Shown: in pieces, positions 26,654 through 36,542 of the stretch | Numbering within the stretch: the first letter of the stretch is position 1 | Layout of the letters: every line of letters starts with the position of its first letter | DNA from: Candidatus Methylomirabilis sp. | Lineage (GTDB): Bacteria; Methylomirabilota; Methylomirabilia; Methylomirabilales; Methylomirabilaceae | Assembly: GCA_041491025.1 (NCBI GenBank) | Contig: JBGPUH010000001.1 | Span: 8,043-72,042 of the forward strand | Length of the DNA: 64,000 nt | Direction of reading: 5' to 3' | The notes under the pieces: generated by a model | Seen by the model: the letters and a program-made list of their open reading frames with translations, nothing else | What the model was told of the DNA's origin: nothing | Databases searched by the model: none | Position numbers and translations under genes: made by a program

Positions 26654-26914
26654 GCCGGTAGCGTGGAGGAATTGGGCTTATGCGAGGCGCGCAGGCCCAA
26701 CGCTCGTGTCTGGCTTCGCGCGAGCATAAGCTGGAGGATGGGTGAAAGCTGAGCCACGAGGGCGTAGGAAAAAATCTTGTAGTTTCAATCCCCACAGCGG
26801 CCGGTGGACGCGAGGCCCAGTCGGCCGCTTTACGTGAGGGAGACGCGCAACGAGACTGTGAGTAGAGTTCCGCGTCTGCGTAAGCAGGTGCATCTGTGCA
26901 CGACGATGCGGATG

Positions 26915-27101
26915 CGCACGCCATCAGCCGCGTGAAAGCTGGCCGCTGGTCCTTCTTGCGATACCCTACATCGACGTAGACGTCAGTCTCCGTGAGCGCC
27001 CAGCCGCGATGCTCGACGTACGCGCGCAGGTCGCGCAGTTGGAGCTCTGGGTCCTGGCCGCGGTCGAGCGTGGACACCCGGGCATAGAGGGCGGCGTTCA
27101 C
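26915..27101 (-). pseudogene. Truncated serine recombinase (resolvase)
   Basis: AALYARVST..QDPELQLRDLR.Y...RGW...YVDVG...RPAFTRLM, then unrelated sequence; DR catalytic motif absent. Confidence 0.85.
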
Positions 27102-27127
27102 CGTGTCCTCCGCTCATCACGCAGCGG

Positions 27128-27685
27128 TTACTTCGGCGGACTGCACCCTTGCGGCGTGTGCAGACACGGGATCACCAGGTGGACGTTCCCAAGCTTCTTG
27201 TGCAAGATGGCCGACTGTTCTTTCAGGTAGGCGGCGACCCCTTTCGCATTGATCGTGAAGATGGCGCCGGGAGGCGGGCCGAGGGGCGGCGTGATATGAG
27301 ACCGCGCCTGGGCGTCCGGGCCGCAGCCTTCCGGCGTGTGCAGACAGGGGATGTTGAGACTGGGCATCGGTCCGAAGTTCCACTTCTTCCACACGGCGTT
27401 GCAACCTTCCGGCGTGTGCAAGCAGGGAATGACCCAGCCCGATGTCGGAGTGGGTGTGGGTGAGGTGACCGTCAGGCGCGGCGCGGTAGACGTGACCGTC
27501 GGGCGCGGCACCGCGGGGGTGACCGTGATGCGCGGACCAGCCGGATTGATATGCAACACCGGCGCGGTCGACGGGTGGGGCGCCGGCGTAACACTTGGAG
27601 GCGAGGCGGCCAACACCAACCGCGAGACGCCGAGACACGCCATCAGGACTGTTACGGCTACGATGGACTTGCGTACTTTGTACAT
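27128..27685 (-). CDS. Secreted Pro/Thr-rich protein with three IPCLHTP(E/Q)GC repeats
   Basis: Signal peptide, PT-rich stalk, three near-identical 10-mers. Confidence 0.75.
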   Translation of the reverse strand: MYKVRKSIVAVTVLMACLGVSRLVLAASPPSVTPAPHPSTAPVLHINPAGPRITVTPAVPRPTVTSTAPRLTVTSPTPTPTSGWVIPCLHTPEGCNAVWKKWNFGPMPSLNIPCLHTPEGCGPDAQARSHITPPLGPPPGAIFTINAKGVAAYLKEQSAILHKKLGNVHLVIPCLHTPQGCSPPK

Positions 27686-27723
27686 AGCTTTTTCTCCCTC
27701 TTCCTTGTTAATGGTTTTAGGTT

Positions 27724-27930
27724 TTAAAGATGCCCTGCCCCATTGCCGTTCCCTTGGGCCCGACGGCAGAGGGCGCAGGTGACCTTTCGCACTGCCTGCT
27801 CAAGTTCCTCTTGATGAAACCGCCCGCGAAAACTCGCCATGTCCCCCGTGGCGTCGTGGCCACAACAAAACATGAGGGACGGCAGGCGGTGGATGGTCGC
27901 TGAAGATGTCAGGCGTGTACTCTTCGACAT
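27724..27930 (-). CDS. Small zinc-ribbon-like protein
   Basis: CGHDAT...CALC; AAGGAG RBS. Confidence 0.65.
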   Translation of the reverse strand: MSKSTRLTSSATIHRLPSLMFCCGHDATGDMASFRGRFHQEELEQAVRKVTCALCRRAQGNGNGAGHL

Positions 27931-27990
27931 GGTGGTTGGATCTCCTTCTGGTTGGTGGTGAACCGCACGGCGAAAGCCGTGGTTAGTAGT

Positions 27991-28245
27991 CTATGTCTTT
28001 CGAAACGATTTTGGCGGTCGCGACTGGGCCGCCAGCACTTCACGCACGAGGGCCTTCGGCTGGTTCGCACTGCAACGCGGACACGGCCCTTGGGACAGCA
28101 CCCGCCGGATGATCTCCGGCGAGAACTTTGCCATGTGGGGGGCGACCTCCGCAGTGGCGTCGTGCCCGCAGCGATAAACGAAGACCGTTGGGGGCTGCGT
28201 AATTACTGCTGCGCTCTGAGTCGCCACCAAGATTCTCCTCTTCAA
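27991..28245 (-). CDS. Small zinc-ribbon-like protein, paralog of neighbour
   Basis: CGHDAT...CPRC. Confidence 0.6.
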   Translation of the reverse strand: MKRRILVATQSAAVITQPPTVFVYRCGHDATAEVAPHMAKFSPEIIRRVLSQGPCPRCSANQPKALVREVLAAQSRPPKSFRKT

Positions 28246-28321
28246 CGCGTTATACTGACGTGCCCCCCAAACCCTCGATCATCCACTTTCCCCCCAAGTG
28301 CGCCCTGCTCCCAGGCCCGCC

Positions 28322-28504
28322 TCACTGCTTCCAGGCGCTGGACGTGTCTTCCTTGCCCGCCGCGTAGTCCCCGGCACCCTTGGCCACTTGCGAGGCGGCG
28401 TCATTCACGGCCTCATTGGCGCTGTTCGCACTCTCTATGAGTCCCTTCACCAGCTCCTTGGCCACGCTCTTTCCGCTGATCCCCAACGCTTTCAGTAGGC
28501 CCAT
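28322..28504 (-). CDS. Small Ala-rich protein
   Basis: GGAGGAGG RBS; MGLLKALGISGK. Confidence 0.55.
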   Translation of the reverse strand: MGLLKALGISGKSVAKELVKGLIESANSANEAVNDAASQVAKGAGDYAAGKEDTSSAWKQ

Positions 28505-28547
28505 GTTGCTTCCCTCCTCCGATCGTCCGTCTCGATAGTCTTCAACT

Positions 28548-29690
28548 CTAGCGTTTCTGCTGGAGTCCGCCGCCGCTCTTCGGCTGCCGCAACTCATCGG
28601 GCGCGGCCTGGATCTGGCCCCTGAGAGCGGCGCTGACGGTCCGCTGCCGGATCGACGTGGCCTCCCGCGAGCGGCCCTCGCTCACACGCTTATCAGCGGT
28701 CTCAGCGGCCTCCTGCATCTGCTTCGTCCAGAGGCTGGTGCCCCGCAGCTGCTCGATAGCTCTGCTGTAGCTCATCGTCCTGGACACCTTCAACGAGGCC
28801 GTCAGGCCGGCGAAGCTACTGCCATAGACCTCCACGTTGCCCACGGTGAGGGTGGGCGCCGACGACAGCCCGAGCTTGCTGGCCCCGCACCGGACATTCT
28901 GGAGACTCCCATCAAAGGTACAGGCCACTGGATCATCCAGCACGCTGGCCAGGAGACGCTTGAGAAAGCCGTCAGTGATGCCCCCAGGTCCCGCCGCCCG
29001 GTCCACCGCAGCGTCCGCCAGGACCTGCACATCATCGTAGCCGATCCCTCGGATGGTCGCGGACTCTCGCGGGTCTCCCTGGATCTCGATCGGGAGCGCC
29101 TTGAGATCTTCCACTAACAGGAGCGTGGCCTGCGCGATCGTCACGCCGTATAGGGCCACGCAGTCGCGATAGGCCCGCACCCCCGGCTCATCAGCGCCCG
29201 CCACCTCCGCCATCGGACGGCCGGCGGACGCGACTTGCGACAGCCACGACGCCTTGACATTATCCGTCCACCCATCCTCTTTCTCTGGCGACAAGCCGAA
29301 GTCCCTGGGCAGCTTGGGGAGCGTGAGGACGCGACAGGTGGCGAAAGGCTCCCGATGCTGCTCCGTCTGCCGCAGGCGCACCAAAAACAGGGTCTGGGGC
29401 GTGAGGCTGACGTCGAGCCCACGGGTGGTCTGTTCCTGCTCCATCTGGCGCAGCGCGTCCTGGGTGTTCCGATCCAAGCCCTTGGCCCTCGCGTCGCGGC
29501 TGCTCTTGGCGACGGACTCTTCAAGGGCTTTCTGTTCCCTGGTCCCAAAGGTGTTACTCATGCTCTTGGACTTCTCTGGGATATACGTGAGGCTGGTGTC
29601 CTGGGCCATGAGAGGGATCGCGGGTATGAGGAGTATCGGGGTGAGGAAGAGAAGAGCGAGGACCACTTGGGGAAGAAGGGGTCGGAGCAT
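28548..29690 (-). CDS. Secreted protein
   Basis: Signal peptide; 380 aa ORF. Confidence 0.72.
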   Translation of the reverse strand: MLRPLLPQVVLALLFLTPILLIPAIPLMAQDTSLTYIPEKSKSMSNTFGTREQKALEESVAKSSRDARAKGLDRNTQDALRQMEQEQTTRGLDVSLTPQTLFLVRLRQTEQHREPFATCRVLTLPKLPRDFGLSPEKEDGWTDNVKASWLSQVASAGRPMAEVAGADEPGVRAYRDCVALYGVTIAQATLLLVEDLKALPIEIQGDPRESATIRGIGYDDVQVLADAAVDRAAGPGGITDGFLKRLLASVLDDPVACTFDGSLQNVRCGASKLGLSSAPTLTVGNVEVYGSSFAGLTASLKVSRTMSYSRAIEQLRGTSLWTKQMQEAAETADKRVSEGRSREATSIRQRTVSAALRGQIQAAPDELRQPKSGGGLQQKR

Positions 29691-29894
29691 GGGAGCCTTC
29701 CTTTTGTGGTTGGGGGGTTCGTTAGAAAGATGCTGGGATTGGGTGATGATCTTGGGATGAGTGCGGCGCCCTGGGAGACGGGATGATGAGCCGTCTCTGG
29801 GGGCGCTACTGATGAACGCGATGCGCTTGGACCCATGAGTGAATCAGGGGAGCCCGTCCGGCACGGCAAGCCGGCATCGCTGGGACGAGAAAAA

Positions 29895-29940
29895 AGAAGA
29901 ACACGTTATACAAGCTAAGGCTTGTATAACATGCTCTTCT
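29895..29940. repeat. 21 bp-arm AT-rich inverted repeat
   Basis: AGAAGAACACGTTATACAAGC-TAAG-GCTTGTATAACATGCTCTTCT, 2 mismatches. Confidence 0.85.
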
Positions 29941-30353
29941 CTCCAAGGGCAGCCTCGTTAATGTGTGTCAGCATAGCCGCGGTGCGAAAAGTAAAACAAT
30001 GCGGCTAGCGACATAGCAAAACGAGACCGAACCTGACCTAGTCGAACAACGTCGCCTAGGATTTGTATAACAAGTGCCCCCACTCCACAGACTGCAATGG
30101 GCAGAAGGGAGTGGGGGCAGATCAGGCGTCGAGAGACTACGGTAGGACTTATGACGAGCGCACCAGGACCGCTCCGAAAGCGAGATCCTGACTCGTCGGC
30201 CATTTGTAGTAAGGGGAACTTGGCAAGGCCGTAGGTTCCCCATCGACGCGGTTGAAATCATTCAAACAACGATCATCAGGGAGTCCCAAGAGCCCCACGT
30301 GTCGCGTAGGGCGTCCTGGGATTGTGGTCACCTGATTGGCCCAGGCGGCATCA

Positions 30354-30605
30354 TTAGAACAGGAACCTCAAGGTGAGGAATCCTATTCCGATGAAGGCCG
30401 CCATTTTCACCACCATCCAGTCAAACTTCGACCAGGGGCGGTGGGCCTTGGAGCGATGAGGGCGGTGGGAAGGGACGTGAAATCCCTTCTTCTCCGCAGC
30501 CTTCCGCAAGATCCCGAGGACCTCGTGGAAGAGCTCTCGTACTGTCGCGGCTAGCGCGATCAGTGCGAGTCCCAACGCCCCGACGATCAGGGTGTGGGTC
30601 ATCAT
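30354..30605 (-). CDS. Small two-TM membrane protein
   Basis: AAAGGAGGTG RBS; two hydrophobic segments. Confidence 0.65.
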   Translation of the reverse strand: MMTHTLIVGALGLALIALAATVRELFHEVLGILRKAAEKKGFHVPSHRPHRSKAHRPWSKFDWMVVKMAAFIGIGFLTLRFLF

Positions 30606-30732
30606 AGTGCACCTCCTTTTTTATTGCCTCTTCCGCTGCGACACAGACGGAAGAGGCGATTGATGGGACTCTTCCGACGAAAACGCAGCGAAAAAGGACA
30701 ATGGGAGGTGTTGGTGTACACCCACCAGGTCT

Positions 30733-30750
30733 GAGGGACTTTCGTCCCTC
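30733..30750 (-). terminator. Hairpin after small coiled-coil gene
   Basis: GAGGGAC-TTTC-GTCCCTC. Confidence 0.45.
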
Positions 30751-30756
30751 GGCCAG

Positions 30757-30894
30757 TTACTTGGATTCAGCTTTCGCAAGCTGATCTTCCAAATACTCGA
30801 GATTACTCTCGAGACGTACAACTTCCTCAGAGAGGTTGTTGTAGTCCTGGACCAGCGCTTCGTAGCGCTGTTGGAACCAGCAGGTGGACACCAT
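30757..30894 (-). CDS. 45 aa coiled-coil peptide (not in ORF track)
   Basis: AAGGAGGTGA RBS; MVSTCWFQQRYEALVQDYNNLSEEVVRLESNLEYLEDQLAKAESK. Confidence 0.6.
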   Translation of the reverse strand: MVSTCWFQQRYEALVQDYNNLSEEVVRLESNLEYLEDQLAKAESK

Positions 30895-31025
30895 GTGGTC
30901 TCACCTCCTTTCTGCGCTCAAATGAGCGCCTTTTTGTGACGCTCATAAGAGTCCAGTGGAGGTAGATGCCCCAGGGGAACAACGGCGCAATGGGCGGCCG
31001 TCGTCCCCTGGGGTGGTCGTCGTGA

Positions 31026-31865
31026 TCAGGCTCTGAGCTTTCGCTCGAACGCCTGAATGATCCCAACAAGCCCGCGGTCAGCCTTGAAGTGAGCCAACCA
31101 CGTCCGGGCCGACTCGAGAGACTTCGGATCCCCACAGCGGAGCGCCGCAGGGACTAAGGTCTCGAGGTGACCCTTCACTGTCAAGCGATCCCTGAGTGAG
31201 GCGGGGATCGTCGGCAGCGCGGGCAGGCGGTCTTCTGTGACGGAAAACTGCTCGCAGGCGGCAGCCACGGCTCGCTGGTCGGCCTCGGCCCGTCGGGCTT
31301 CGGCCTCCTTGGCGTCATGATCGACCTTTTGGTCGGTCGAGTCGATCTTGTCACCGACGGCCTGGCGGGCGCGGTCGACGGTCTCGGCACCAGCCTTGGT
31401 CGCCTCAGTCGCGTGCTGTTTCACACGGCCAATGAGGCTGCCAGCACTGGACTTGACGCCGCTGGCGAACTGTGTGGCCCAGCCGTAGGCGCGGTACGCG
31501 CCAAAGGCGGCCAGACTGACAGCCACGAGCAGCGCGAGGCCAAAGACGGCGTCGCGGTGGCGGTGAAATCGGGAGGTTGAGGTTGCCGACGTGCACTTGT
31601 GAGTACCTACGCCGCGCTCCACTCCCTCTTCGTAGCCCTCTTGGCGCAGGTGGGCACCGGATGGATGCACACCTTTGTCAGCCAAGATGAGATCCCTCTT
31701 GCGCTCGTGCTCTAGGGCGGCCTTCGCCTCCGCTTTCCGCTCCTTTTCCTCTTTGCGGAGTCGGGCGGTGCGGTGGCGGGCGATGCGGCTCAGCCAGGGC
31801 GAGATGCCCCAGATGATCAAGCCAGCGCCGGTCGCCATGATGAGCAAAAACAGGATCTGGGTCAT
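31026..31865 (-). CDS. Two-TM membrane protein with coiled coil
   Basis: AAGGAGGG RBS; TM-charged-TM-helical layout. Confidence 0.7.
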   Translation of the reverse strand: MTQILFLLIMATGAGLIIWGISPWLSRIARHRTARLRKEEKERKAEAKAALEHERKRDLILADKGVHPSGAHLRQEGYEEGVERGVGTHKCTSATSTSRFHRHRDAVFGLALLVAVSLAAFGAYRAYGWATQFASGVKSSAGSLIGRVKQHATEATKAGAETVDRARQAVGDKIDSTDQKVDHDAKEAEARRAEADQRAVAAACEQFSVTEDRLPALPTIPASLRDRLTVKGHLETLVPAALRCGDPKSLESARTWLAHFKADRGLVGIIQAFERKLRA

Positions 31866-31989
31866 GGTGTGTGCCCTCCTTCTTGGTAGACTACACGCTC
31901 CCCCGTGTCCGACCGGGAAAGCGATGGAACCCCCGGTCGTTGTGACAAGCGATGCTTGTCGGAAGGGGCGCGCCAAGAAGAGGCGCTCG

Positions 31990-32211
31990 TTACCTGTCAA
32001 GCCACGCCTCGAGCGCAGAGACGCGATGCTCAAGGGCCGCGCTCTCCGCTTCTGGCAAGGGCCCTACCACTGGGTGGTAGGCCTCATACAGCTCGGTGGC
32101 CTCCATTTCCATTGCCCCCACTTTCTCAGCCAGGTTCAGTGAATCTGGCATCTGTCGAAAATAGAGGCAGCGGTTTTGGAGAATCTGAACCCTCTTCTCT
32201 AGACGTAACAT
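31990..32211 (-). CDS. Small hypothetical protein
   Basis: GAGGAGGT RBS. Confidence 0.55.
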   Translation of the reverse strand: MLRLEKRVQILQNRCLYFRQMPDSLNLAEKVGAMEMEATELYEAYHPVVGPLPEAESAALEHRVSALEAWLDR

Positions 32212-32307
32212 AGTCTACCTCCTCTGTTGTGCTCCACCCCCGCCACACCGGGGGTCAGAGCGATGAACTCTGTGACCCATGTGTGGGTGGGTGAAACTGA
32301 GAAGGCG

Positions 32308-32493
32308 CTAGACAGTCTGGAGCTCGTGGCGCTCGCGAGCCATAAACCGAGCGCCGCTTTGCCCCCAGGTGGGCTTGAACGGGATCGAGACAAAACGAGA
32401 CGGCATTGCGCTGAGACTCATCGTTCCGGTCCCAAGCACTAGCCGCTTGTTACGCCTCGCCGTTCCTTTGGGCGTCTTGCTTTCCGTCTTCAT
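32308..32493 (-). CDS. Small basic hypothetical protein
   Basis: AAAGGAG RBS; MKTESKTPKG. Confidence 0.5.
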   Translation of the reverse strand: MKTESKTPKGTARRNKRLVLGTGTMSLSAMPSRFVSIPFKPTWGQSGARFMARERHELQTV

Positions 32494-32596
32494 CGGCGTC
32501 TCCTTTAAAAGACGGCTCCCCCCGCTCGATACGGGGAGAAGCGATAGATTGCTTTTCCCCATCGAGTAGGGGCGCCAGGAGGGCGCCGGTGAATGA

Positions 32597-32728
32597 CTAG
32601 AAGTTGTAGTAGATCCTCCGCCACAGGCCCTGCACAATGGGAGTGTCGTAACACCCCCCTTCGCAGAAGCTGTGACAGAAGAGGCGGTACTGCATTTGTT
32701 CGTGAAGCTGTAGTAAAAACCGTTTCAT
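32597..32728 (-). CDS. 43 aa peptide (not in ORF track)
   Basis: AAGGAGGG RBS; MKRFLLQLHEQMQYRLFCHSFCEGGCYDTPIVQGLWRRIYYNF. Confidence 0.45.
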   Translation of the reverse strand: MKRFLLQLHEQMQYRLFCHSFCEGGCYDTPIVQGLWRRIYYNF

Positions 32729-32838
32729 CGATGCCCTCCTTGATAGATGCCCCACCCCCGCCAGTCACGGGAAGCAGAGCAGGTGATGCTCTACAACCCG
32801 AGACTGGCCGGGATGGGTGCCGGGAGGGCACCCGTCTC

Positions 32839-34311
32839 TTAGACTGTGATTGGCACGAGCGCGCGCTGGCCTACTAGCACCAGCGCCATGGGCACAGTCG
32901 TCCGTTTCTCAACAGGCTGCTGCGACCAGGCGGCCCAGAAGGACCGGCGTTCGGCGGCGCCCCATTTGTGGGGGGGCGTGGCGCCGTTGCTCGCGCCATT
33001 GGACAGGGCGGCCTTGCGCGCCTTGTAGGCCCCGAACACGAGCTTGCGCTCGCACGAGGTCCACTCGCACCCCTGAACGTACAGCGGTTGGCCGAGCCGT
33101 GCGATCTCTCGCACGGTATCGGCACGGTCGATGTCTGCCAGGGCACGCCGGACAGATGGGTGAGCCTTGCGATATACAGCCGACTCAACCTTCTCCCAAA
33201 TGGCCCGCGTAACGCGAGGTAACTCTGGATGCCGCTTCAGCTCGAGATAGATCCGCTGAAGAAGTTTCGGCAATGCCAGCCGGTCGACACGATCGATCTC
33301 GACGAGGAAGTGATGCTCGACAGGAGCCGATTGCGGTGGCTCTGGGTCGGCATCTGATGGAACGCGGTGAAACCCGATGGTTGAGAAAAACCCAACAGGA
33401 TCCTCCTCGTCCACCTCACCGCCATCGTTGTTGCCTTCATCCACTGCGTTCAACTCTTCATACATCGGAGAGCCCGGCAGCGGAGCCTTGCGGCCGCGAG
33501 CGGACGCGGGTGGTGGGGTGGGATCGACCCGGTATTCGACATGCCGGTTTGCCCGAAGGGCATCCGCCGGCTCCCCTGTCTGGGGATCGAGCACGATCGA
33601 CGCCACTTCGAACTGCCGAATCGCTTGAGCCCAGTGTTGCAGCTCAAGAAATACGACACCAAGACCGCGTTGCTTGACTTCTCTGACATAGTGGTCGACC
33701 GTATGCGCGTCAGCCTCTAACGTGGTGAAGAGCGTCTGGAGCGCCACAGCCATCGCACCATCGCAGCCGAATCGCTTTCGAAACACCTCGGGTTTGAGAC
33801 GACCCTCGTCCCCCACAAGTACATGGGGAGCGACGAGCTCGCCGCCAGCCGATTTGGCATATTGCAGGACATCCCGCACACCCTGAGGGGCCTGCGACAG
33901 TCGTTGGAGCTGCTGACCAGTTGCGACACCGTTGAGAATCCACCGGTGCCAGTCAACAGCGTCCCGCGCACTGGAGCCGAACGGGTGGGGGTCTTGCAGG
34001 TACGCGAGCAACTGATTCTTGACGTGGTGGAGATAGGACCAGATCTCCGCCCGCTCATGGGCACTCCACCGTGTGTGCTGCCGCACGATCTTGTCCGCGG
34101 CATCTTGGAACTCGGCCTCCGCCTGGTCGCGGCCATGCTGGCGAAACGATCTCACCGCATGGGCGGCCGCGGCACGCAGGGCCGATATAACGCCTTCCAC
34201 CGCCTGACCGTTGGAGGTACTGGCCTTACTGATGCTAAACAACGGCAGGGCCTCCAACTGAACCTGGCACTCAAGCTGTTGCGTGTTACTCTGTCGCGTT
34301 TTACTGGACAT
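32839..34311 (-). CDS. Large hypothetical protein
   Basis: 490 aa ORF, GGAGAG RBS, acidic central linker. Confidence 0.72.
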   Translation of the reverse strand: MSSKTRQSNTQQLECQVQLEALPLFSISKASTSNGQAVEGVISALRAAAAHAVRSFRQHGRDQAEAEFQDAADKIVRQHTRWSAHERAEIWSYLHHVKNQLLAYLQDPHPFGSSARDAVDWHRWILNGVATGQQLQRLSQAPQGVRDVLQYAKSAGGELVAPHVLVGDEGRLKPEVFRKRFGCDGAMAVALQTLFTTLEADAHTVDHYVREVKQRGLGVVFLELQHWAQAIRQFEVASIVLDPQTGEPADALRANRHVEYRVDPTPPPASARGRKAPLPGSPMYEELNAVDEGNNDGGEVDEEDPVGFFSTIGFHRVPSDADPEPPQSAPVEHHFLVEIDRVDRLALPKLLQRIYLELKRHPELPRVTRAIWEKVESAVYRKAHPSVRRALADIDRADTVREIARLGQPLYVQGCEWTSCERKLVFGAYKARKAALSNGASNGATPPHKWGAAERRSFWAAWSQQPVEKRTTVPMALVLVGQRALVPITV

Positions 34312-34739
34312 CGTTGCGCCCTCCCTGGACGCGCGGCTCCCCCTAGACGGGAAGCCATTGAATACATGACTTCCCGGAGGTCTAGACGGGTCGCGCCGGA
34401 ATGGCGCAGATCAGAAACTACAAATCTATTAGGGCATCTAGGGACTGATGATCCACCTCAGAGAAATCCTCTCGAGGATCACGGTCCGGCTCAACGACAC
34501 CCTCGTCTTGGGCACCACAATCCGCCAAAATCTCGGCGATGGTGGCCCGGTCGTAACACACAAAACCTTCGGTAAATGCCACTCTTCTCACCTCCTCTCG
34601 CTCCCCGCTTGGGGGAGCCTTGAATAACAAGACTCCCCCAACGCGGGATTGCGCAGGAGGGGACAACGATTTCGTCAGGGAGTCCCCAGAGCCTCGTGTG
34701 GCGCGCGAGACTCAGGGGAGTGTGACACCTGACTGCCGA

Positions 34740-34946
34740 TCAGACCTGGGCGTCCAGCCGCTCCGCCTCTGCCTCAAAGGCAGCGCGGATCGCGGACTGG
34801 CCGCGCCAGCCGCCGTCACGCAAGAACGCTGTGACGCGTCCCTGCGTGGTGGCAACTGGCTCTTCCAGACCAACCTGCCGAGCGGCCGTCCGCCGGTCGA
34901 TGTAGACATCGACGGGGACGGCCCGCCCGGACCAGTGTTTTGCCAT
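34740..34946 (-). CDS. Small hypothetical protein
   Basis: GGGAGGTGA RBS. Confidence 0.6.
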   Translation of the reverse strand: MAKHWSGRAVPVDVYIDRRTAARQVGLEEPVATTQGRVTAFLRDGGWRGQSAIRAAFEAEAERLDAQV

Positions 34947-35186
34947 ATTTCACCTCCCTTTTCTTTGCCGCAGATCCCCAGCGCCACCGGGGATCCACGA
35001 GATTCAATGGATCCCCGAGACGCCAGAGATTGGCGGCGGGGGAGGTTCGCGGCCGGAGCGAAAGTGCGCGCCGGCCTAGTCGTGAAACACAACTTACAAA
35101 GCTCTTATAGGCGTATCCCTTTCTGTCGCCGTATCGGCAACATTGCGGACAAAGAGCATTTATATATAGATACTAGGGCAGCACTC

Positions 35187-36542
35187 TTACGACTGTACTG
35201 GTTCCTTGGCGTGTTCTTTGGCCCCATCGGACGGCTCCACCTGGGATGGGTCTGGCGGCGGGGTGGGGACCAGCCCGACTCGCTTCCAGAGCGTTTTGGG
35301 ACGGCCCTTCGTAACCCTCTGCTCCGTCATGACTACCCCATCCTCCACTAGTGCGGCGGCGAGATGATCAATCTGCTCTGCCGACAGGCGACCTGCGAAC
35401 ACCTTGCGATACGCATCCGTCTTGCTCAGACCGTCCGCCTCCTCGATCTCGATGGCCTCGAGGAGTTGCTGCTCCAGTGGATCGGCCCGCTGATTCCCAA
35501 AGACCGCGCGCGCACAGGCCTGGCTATAGTCCCAGACCGCGCGGGCGGAGGCGAGATGCGAGGGCAGGATCACCGGGGCCGTATCGACCGCTGAGGTAAA
35601 TGGCTCAAGCAAGCAATATGCTAGCGCGAGGCGCAAGACCATCGCCTCTCCGTAGCGGCTGACCTGACCGACCAACCCGGGCTGCGGAGCGGACAGCGCC
35701 TTATACCCTTCCGCCCAAATGGTACCAGCTTCCTCCTCGATCTTGACAGTGAGACCCTTCTCGGCACGCGCCCGAGCGAGCCTGAGGTGCGTGCGAAACT
35801 CTGCGAGCGCCTTGCCATCCGGCACACCAGGCAACGGGACCGTGGCAGCCCGGGATGCGCGGACCTGCAAGGCGTACGGCCCCACCGCCAGGACGCTTTC
35901 TCGCAAGTCGCTTGACAGCACCCCGGCCAACGACGGCAGGTGCACAATCAACGAAACATGCTGCGGCTGGGCCTGCCCGGTCGACCGGCGAGCCTCCCAC
36001 AGCTCCCCGGTAAACTCCTTGACGGTCTCAGTCAGCAACTCACCCCGACAATGCTGCGCCACCACCAAACAGCGAGGGTCTTTGTCGGGGTGTCCCTGCG
36101 CGTCCTCGTCCTCCTCGGTACGCTCCGACTTCACACACCCCTCCGCCCAGAGGGGATCGACCGGCGCGACCAGGTCCATCAGCGACCAGAAATAGGTGTT
36201 GAAACGCGCCTTTCGAGTCGCTGGCGACACCATCGCAAACAGACTGGTCGAACAGACAACGCTGCCAACCCTCAGGACTGTCTTGCCTCCCACCAGATTG
36301 CCCATGGTGACCAGACCCGTGATAGCGCGGGCCTCGCGATTCAGTTCCTCAGCATCCGTCAACCTGACAAGCTCGCCGACCAAGCCATGAAACGCGACCT
36401 CCGCCAACACTAGGTTCTTGGGGGTATCTTTTTCCTCACCCTTTGGCTTTCCGGACCCATCACCGTTCCCTGGGGATAACTGGGTGAGGGCTTTTCTGGT
36501 GGTCCGAGAGAGCGCGGAAGCGGAAGGAATCATGAGGGGCAC
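35187..36542 (-). CDS. DUF3987/YfjI-like protein with C-terminal winged helix and degenerate P-loop
   Basis: AFHGLVGELV...GNLVG; SR..A.VLRLALAYCLL; HLASARAVWDYS; GLSKTD...VF; T.GRP...W. Confidence 0.7.
   Translation of the reverse strand: MPLMIPSASALSRTTRKALTQLSPGNGDGSGKPKGEEKDTPKNLVLAEVAFHGLVGELVRLTDAEELNREARAITGLVTMGNLVGGKTVLRVGSVVCSTSLFAMVSPATRKARFNTYFWSLMDLVAPVDPLWAEGCVKSERTEEDEDAQGHPDKDPRCLVVAQHCRGELLTETVKEFTGELWEARRSTGQAQPQHVSLIVHLPSLAGVLSSDLRESVLAVGPYALQVRASRAATVPLPGVPDGKALAEFRTHLRLARARAEKGLTVKIEEEAGTIWAEGYKALSAPQPGLVGQVSRYGEAMVLRLALAYCLLEPFTSAVDTAPVILPSHLASARAVWDYSQACARAVFGNQRADPLEQQLLEAIEIEEADGLSKTDAYRKVFAGRLSAEQIDHLAAALVEDGVVMTEQRVTKGRPKTLWKRVGLVPTPPPDPSQVEPSDGAKEHAKEPVQS

Noticed and set aside
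26583-26914. Full-length 172 aa recombinase
   Set aside because: Similarity stops after about 62 aa; the remainder is read-through over apparently non-coding repeats
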